From NCBI GenBank assembly GCA_964481005.1, contig CAYZRY010000001.1, positions 6,446 to 70,445 of the forward strand: a stretch of 64,000 nt of DNA. Reading direction: 5' to 3'. A program made the translations under genes and the position numbers. Below, piece by piece: positions 59,270 to 64,000 of the stretch (positions are counted from its first letter, which is position 1; every line of letters starts with the position of its first letter). The notes beneath the pieces were generated by a model. It was given only the letters and a program-made list of their open reading frames with translations, had not been told where the DNA came from and ran no database searches. The DNA comes from an uncultured Muribaculaceae bacterium. Lineage in GTDB: Bacteria; Bacillota_I; Bacilli_A; RF39; UBA660.

Positions 59270-60810
59270 AAAAATATTTATTATTAATTATTCTTTTGAT
59301 TGTTCCTCTAAAAGTATCGGCTGCTAGTTCTAGTATTTCTTGTCCAGCATCGGCTACTATCGGTCAAAATGTTACTTGTAGTGTCAATGTTACTCACAGT
59401 GGTTTAACTGGTGTTAGCTTAAAGTTTTCCCTAACTGGTGCGAGCTTTGTATCGTGCTCACCAGCAGCTATCTTTAATGGTAGCAGACTCTGCTCAGCAA
59501 ATGGGGCAGCTCTAACGACAACGCAAACTACAAATGGTGGAACAGTTCTAACCTTTGTTGTCAAAGTAAATAGCGCATCTCAAATAGCGATCAATACAGT
59601 TGAGGTATCAGACAGTGCTTACAATAATTTTACTGCTAATAATAGTAGTGCTAGTATTAGAATAAAATCCACAGATAATGTTCTAAGTAGTATAACCGTC
59701 GGGAGCCAGGTTTATAACAGCCCAGCCCAGACTATTAACCTAAGCTTAAATGCAGCAAGTACAAATATTAGTGCTGTGGCACCAGCCGGAGCAAGAGTTA
59801 GTGGAACAGGTTATAAAGCTTTAAATTATGGACTTAATAAATTTGTTCTAACATCAACTAGTGAAAGCGGGTCACCTAGATATTACACAATCAATATCAC
59901 AAGACCTGACAATCGAAGCTCAAATAATAATTTGAAGACTTTGACTACGACTCCAGGCTCACTTAGTTTTAATTCGTCTACTTTAAAATATAAAGTCGAA
60001 GTAGCAAGTAGCGTAAGTAGTGTTAAAATAGCAGCTACTTTAGCAGACACTAAAGCTAAGTTTGTCAGTTATCCGCAGAGCCTAAATTTAAACTATGGAT
60101 CTAACTATGCTAATATTAAAGTTCAAGCTGAAAACGGGGCGGTTAAAACATACACTATCGAAGTAGTTCGCAAAGATGATCGAAGTAGTGACAATCTACT
60201 TAAAAGTTTAACAATCAAAGACTTTGATATAGATTTTAGTAGTGATAAGACTAGTTATGAAATGACTGTTCCAAATGAAGTTACTAAATTAGAATTAGAA
60301 CCAATAATTAATTCTGAAGTAGCTAAAATGAATATCACTAATCCAGATTTAACAGTTGGTCTAAACAAAGTAACAATTGTTGTTACTGCCGAAAATGGTA
60401 GTGCTAAAACCTATGAGATAAATGTTACAAGAAGCCAAAAGGGAGTTAAACTCTCCGATGATAATTATCTAAAATCACTTGAGGTATCAGGTTACCAAAT
60501 AGATTTTAAAAAAGATAAACTAAAATATGAGTTACTAATCAAACAAGACTACGATTTAAATATTAAAGCTACTACTCAAAGCTCAAAAGCTAAATATGAA
60601 ATAACGGGTAATAAGTCATTAAAAAATGGTAGCAGAATAAAAATAACAGTTCTATCTGAAAGTTCTAAAAAAAGAACATATGAAATACTTATCAAACAAA
60701 AGAGAGAACTTCCATCATCAGTCTTAATATCGATGGGTGTAGTAGCTGGTCTAATTCTAGCAATTGTACTTAATAAAATAATTGTAAAAGTCTTGAAAAA
60801 AGGCCAATAA
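59266..60810 (+). CDS. Membrane-anchored surface protein: putative cohesin-like N-terminal domain, four cadherin-like beta-sandwich (PF12733-like) repeats, C-terminal TM anchor (514 aa)
   Basis: ATGA overlap with the peptidase gene. Signal MKKYLLLIILLIVPLKVSA. About 130-aa beta domain (SISCPASATIGQNVTCSVNV...GVSLKFSLTGASFVSCSP...TVLTFVVKVNSASQIAINTVEVSD) with cohesin-like strand pattern. Four repeats ending (R/K)(Y/T)YTI(N/E)V(T/V)R and starting NNLK(T/S)L. C-terminal LISMGVVAGLILAIVLNKIIV followed by KVLKKGQ. Confidence 0.7.
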   Translation: MKKYLLLIILLIVPLKVSAASSSISCPASATIGQNVTCSVNVTHSGLTGVSLKFSLTGASFVSCSPAAIFNGSRLCSANGAALTTTQTTNGGTVLTFVVKVNSASQIAINTVEVSDSAYNNFTANNSSASIRIKSTDNVLSSITVGSQVYNSPAQTINLSLNAASTNISAVAPAGARVSGTGYKALNYGLNKFVLTSTSESGSPRYYTINITRPDNRSSNNNLKTLTTTPGSLSFNSSTLKYKVEVASSVSSVKIAATLADTKAKFVSYPQSLNLNYGSNYANIKVQAENGAVKTYTIEVVRKDDRSSDNLLKSLTIKDFDIDFSSDKTSYEMTVPNEVTKLELEPIINSEVAKMNITNPDLTVGLNKVTIVVTAENGSAKTYEINVTRSQKGVKLSDDNYLKSLEVSGYQIDFKKDKLKYELLIKQDYDLNIKATTQSSKAKYEITGNKSLKNGSRIKITVLSESSKKRTYEILIKQKRELPSSVLISMGVVAGLILAIVLNKIIVKVLKKGQ

Positions 60811-60844
60811 TGGTTTATTATATAGGTGTATTCAAACAAGAGGA

Positions 60845-61024
60845 GTAATCTAGTTGATACTTATAGAGAGAGTATGGTTGTTGTAAATACTCAGTTAAAC
60901 TAGGCGAAGACACTTGAATAAATTTGAAACGTGACATCGCGTTAAGATGAATAAGCATATGGAAATATGGAATTAAGGTGGTACCACGGGTTATGCTCGT
61001 CCTTTGGGTGACTACCTTTTTTGT
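60845..61024 (+). promoter_or_regulatory. T-box riboswitch leader upstream of hisS
   Basis: T-box sequence AATTAAGGTGGTACCACGG at 60971-60989. Candidate His specifier CAC at 60911-60913 in GAAGACACTTGAA. T-tract CTTTTTTG before the RBS AAGGAGG. Confidence 0.65.
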
Positions 61025-61037
61025 TTAAGGAGGAAAT

Positions 61038-62342
61038 ATGATAACGAAAGCAAAAGGAACAATTGATCTCTATGGAGTAGAGGCTAAAAAGTGGCAATAT
61101 GTATCGAAAGTTATTGATTCATTAATGGAAAAATATAACTACGATCTTATTAGAACGCCAGTTTTTGAGCCGAGTGAGCTTTTCCATCGTGGCGTCGGAG
61201 AAACAACTGATATCGTCATGAAAGAAACTTATGACTTCAAGGACCGTGGAGATCGTGATATGACTCTAAGACCTGAAGGAACAGCTGGAGTAGTTCGTAG
61301 CTTTATTGAAAATAAAATGTACGGTAACCTAAGTGGAGCACTTAAGTTCTATTACAATGAGACAATGTATCGCTATGAAAGACCACAAGCTGGAAGAGAT
61401 AGAGAATTTACTCAGTTTGGAGTCGAAGCCTTTGGAATAGATGATTCATCTATCGATGCTGAAGTTATTTCAATCGCAGTAAATCTATTCAAAATCCTAG
61501 GCTTAAAACAAATTAAAGTAAGAATTAATACTTTGGGAGATAAAGAAAGTAGAGCAAATTATGAAAAGGCTCTAAAAGATTATTTAAAGCCAAATCTACC
61601 TAAATTATGTCCAGATTGTAATGATCGATTTAATAAAAATCCACTTCGTATCTTAGATTGTAAATTTGATGCTGAAAGTGATGTCTTAAAAAATGCTCCA
61701 AAGACAATTGACTATTTAAATGAAGAGAGCGCTTTTCGTTTCAAACAGTTAAAAGCTTATCTAGATATTCTAGAGATAGAATATGAAGTTGATCCAAGTA
61801 TTGTCCGTGGACTAGATTACTATGATCACGTTGTCTTTGAAGTTGAAGCCGAGGTCAAAGACTTTGGTTCAAACAACGTCTTAGCTGGTGGAGGAAGATA
61901 CAACGGATTAGTTGAATCGCTAGGTGGACCTAGTACTCCAGGAGTTGGTTTTGCCATCGGTATGGGAAGACTAGTTAGAGCTCTTGATCTCGAAGAGATA
62001 GAATTGCCACTTGAACTAGAAAATGAAATCTATGTCATGAGTGTTTCTGAAACAGAGAGAGAATATGCAGTTTCACTAATGCAAGTTTTACGTATGAATG
62101 GTTTCAAAGTAAGCGGAGCATACGATAACAAGGGAATTAAAGCTCAGTTTAAACAAGCTGATAGAGAGCAAAGTAAGTACTTGATTATTCTAAATGATGA
62201 AGACTTAGCAAATGACGAAGTTAAAGTTAAAAATAATAAAACAAAAGAAGAAGAACTAGTATCAGTCGATTATTTAATATATTACTTTGATGAAAAATTA
62301 AGTGAGGCAGGTGATCATCATGAAGCAAGTCATGAATGGTAA
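61038..62342 (+). CDS. hisS: Histidine--tRNA ligase
   Basis: Class II motifs (MTLRPEGTAGVVR, FQFGVEAFG, GGGRYNGL) and anticodon-binding C-terminus. Confidence 0.95.
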   Translation: MITKAKGTIDLYGVEAKKWQYVSKVIDSLMEKYNYDLIRTPVFEPSELFHRGVGETTDIVMKETYDFKDRGDRDMTLRPEGTAGVVRSFIENKMYGNLSGALKFYYNETMYRYERPQAGRDREFTQFGVEAFGIDDSSIDAEVISIAVNLFKILGLKQIKVRINTLGDKESRANYEKALKDYLKPNLPKLCPDCNDRFNKNPLRILDCKFDAESDVLKNAPKTIDYLNEESAFRFKQLKAYLDILEIEYEVDPSIVRGLDYYDHVVFEVEAEVKDFGSNNVLAGGGRYNGLVESLGGPSTPGVGFAIGMGRLVRALDLEEIELPLELENEIYVMSVSETEREYAVSLMQVLRMNGFKVSGAYDNKGIKAQFKQADREQSKYLIILNDEDLANDEVKVKNNKTKEEELVSVDYLIYYFDEKLSEAGDHHEASHEW

Positions 62343-64000
62343 TTTTACAATTAAAGATATTGGTAAAGAAGTTGAACTTTATGGATGGGTTGCTAGAAGA
62401 AGAAGTCTTGGCGGACTAGTCTTTATCGATTTACGTGATCGAAGTGGTATCATTCAGTTAGTTATTCGTCCGGAAGATAAATTTATCGAGCTGGCTGAAA
62501 GCTTAAAGACCGAAGCTGTTATCAAAGTAAAGGGAGTTATTTTAGAGCGTGAAAGTAAAAATCCTAAACTTGCAACTGGTGATATCGAAGTAGCGGTCAA
62601 AGATTTAACTTTGATTAACAATGCTGCCGATATTCCGTTTGAGCTAACCAAAGATACAACTGCTCTAGAAGAGACAAGACTTAAGTATCGTTATTTAGAT
62701 CTCCGTAGAGAAAATATTAGAGACAATCTAATTCTTCGTCACAAGGTCGTACTTGCAGCTAGAAACTATCTTTCAAATCTTGGATTTATCGAAGTTGAAA
62801 CACCAATTCTTTGTAAGTCGACTCCTGAAGGAGCAAGAGATTATCTAGTACCTTCAAGAATATTTAATGGTAAGTTTTATGCTTTGCCACAATCACCACA
62901 GATTTACAAACAATTACTTATGGTCGGTGGTATGGAAAAGTATTTTCAGATTGCTAGAGCTTTCAGAGATGAAGATCTTCGTGCTGACCGCCAACCAGAA
63001 TTTACACAAATTGACCTCGAGATGAGTTTTGTCGAAGAAGAAGATGTCTGGCAGGTAGTTGAAGGCTTATTTAGAGAGATGTTTAGAGAAGGCAAAGGCG
63101 TAGAACTGGGTGAGTTTGCTCGCATGAAATATGTCGATGCTATCGAAAAGTACGGAAGTGATAAACCAGATACACGTTTTGATTTTTTCATCGAAGATAT
63201 CAGTAATATCTTTGAAAACACTAGTTTTGAAACCTATCAAGAAATACTTAAAAGTGGCATGATTAATGCTATTAAAGTTAACCTAGCTGATAAATATTCT
63301 CGTAAAGATTTAGATGAGTTAAGTGACTTCGTTAAAATCTATGGAGCTAAATATCTATCATACTTAAAATATGCCGATGGTCAGTTAAGTGGTTCTATAG
63401 CTAAGAATTTATCTGAAGAAGAAACTAACAAATTAATCCAGCAATTGGCACTTGAAAATAATGACCTAGTACTTATTGTTGCCGACAAGAAAAAGGTTGT
63501 CAAAGCAGCACTTGGAGCACTTCGTAATAAAATAGCTCATGATCATAATCTAATTGACAAGAGTAAGTATAACTGTCTTTGGATTACTGATTTCCCAATG
63601 TTTGAGTATTCAGAAGAAGAAGCTCGCTATGTACCAGCTCATCATCCATTTACTTCACCAAAGAAAGAAGATATGGATAAGCTCTTAAGCGATAAAGAAA
63701 ACTGTTATTCTAGAGCCTATGATTTAGTTATCAATGGTTATGAAATATTAAGTGGTTCAATTCGTATTCACGATGGACAAATGCAAAAGAAAGTTTTCGA
63801 AGCTATCGGTATGAGTGAAGAAGAAGCTAAAGAAAAATTTGGATTCTTCATCGATGCTTTCAAGTATGGAACGCCACCACACGGCGGAGTTGGAATTGGT
63901 CTTGAAAGAGTCATCATGCTTCTTTGTGAAACAGATAACATCAGAGATGTCATCGCTTTCCCTAAGACAGCTAGCGCTAATGACCTAATGAGTCAGGCAC
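62332..64000 (+). CDS. aspS: Aspartate--tRNA ligase (partial, 3' end beyond window)
   Basis: ATG overlaps the hisS 3' end. OB-fold N-terminus (GWVARRRSLGGLVFIDLRDRSGIIQLV), class II core (FRDEDLRADRQPEFTQID), C-terminal NIRDVIAFPK. Not in the ORF track because no stop occurs within the window. Confidence 0.9.
   Translation, partial: MNGNFTIKDIGKEVELYGWVARRRSLGGLVFIDLRDRSGIIQLVIRPEDKFIELAESLKTEAVIKVKGVILERESKNPKLATGDIEVAVKDLTLINNAADIPFELTKDTTALEETRLKYRYLDLRRENIRDNLILRHKVVLAARNYLSNLGFIEVETPILCKSTPEGARDYLVPSRIFNGKFYALPQSPQIYKQLLMVGGMEKYFQIARAFRDEDLRADRQPEFTQIDLEMSFVEEEDVWQVVEGLFREMFREGKGVELGEFARMKYVDAIEKYGSDKPDTRFDFFIEDISNIFENTSFETYQEILKSGMINAIKVNLADKYSRKDLDELSDFVKIYGAKYLSYLKYADGQLSGSIAKNLSEEETNKLIQQLALENNDLVLIVADKKKVVKAALGALRNKIAHDHNLIDKSKYNCLWITDFPMFEYSEEEARYVPAHHPFTSPKKEDMDKLLSDKENCYSRAYDLVINGYEILSGSIRIHDGQMQKKVFEAIGMSEEEAKEKFGFFIDAFKYGTPPHGGVGIGLERVIMLLCETDNIRDVIAFPKTASANDLMSQA

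Overview
This is a low-GC (~30%) Firmicutes/Tenericutes-like chromosomal segment in standard genetic code 11. Complete PolC, FtsZ and other ORFs contain no internal TGA, and TGA is used as a stop. Apart from one gene on the minus strand (rpmB), everything is on the + strand. The backbone is housekeeping: a division cluster (ftsA, ftsZ, ftsK/spoIIIE, an M16 peptidase pair, sepF, divIVA); a replication and transcription block (dnaE, polC, dnaG, sigA, trmK, topA, polA, mutM, truB, greA); valS and hisS each behind a T-box leader; fmt; a tRNA-Ile/Asn/Glu cluster plus a lone tRNA-Arg; and lspA, rluD, rhomboid, ireB, ruvX, mltG, a pdaC-like deacetylase, two U32 peptidases and a partial aspS.

Accessory content worth attention, in window order:
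- An operon at 4383-7320 encoding a C39-peptidase ABC exporter followed by two adjacent double-glycine-leader peptides (48 and 56 aa) and small membrane proteins. These peptides are absent from the six-frame track.
- A HerA/DUF87-like ATPase inside the division cluster with no partner nuclease (15559-17328).
- Two orphan type IV prepilin-like genes, one a 560-aa modular pilin (31298-32980) and one fused to a BspA-type LRR fragment (48448-49095).
- A translationally coupled gene pair at 57161-60810: a secreted papain-like C1 peptidase with a tandem dockerin, followed by a membrane-anchored protein with a cohesin-like N-terminal domain and four cadherin-like beta-sandwich repeats (putative protease-anchoring cohesin-dockerin system).

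No CRISPR array, transposase or integrase was seen.
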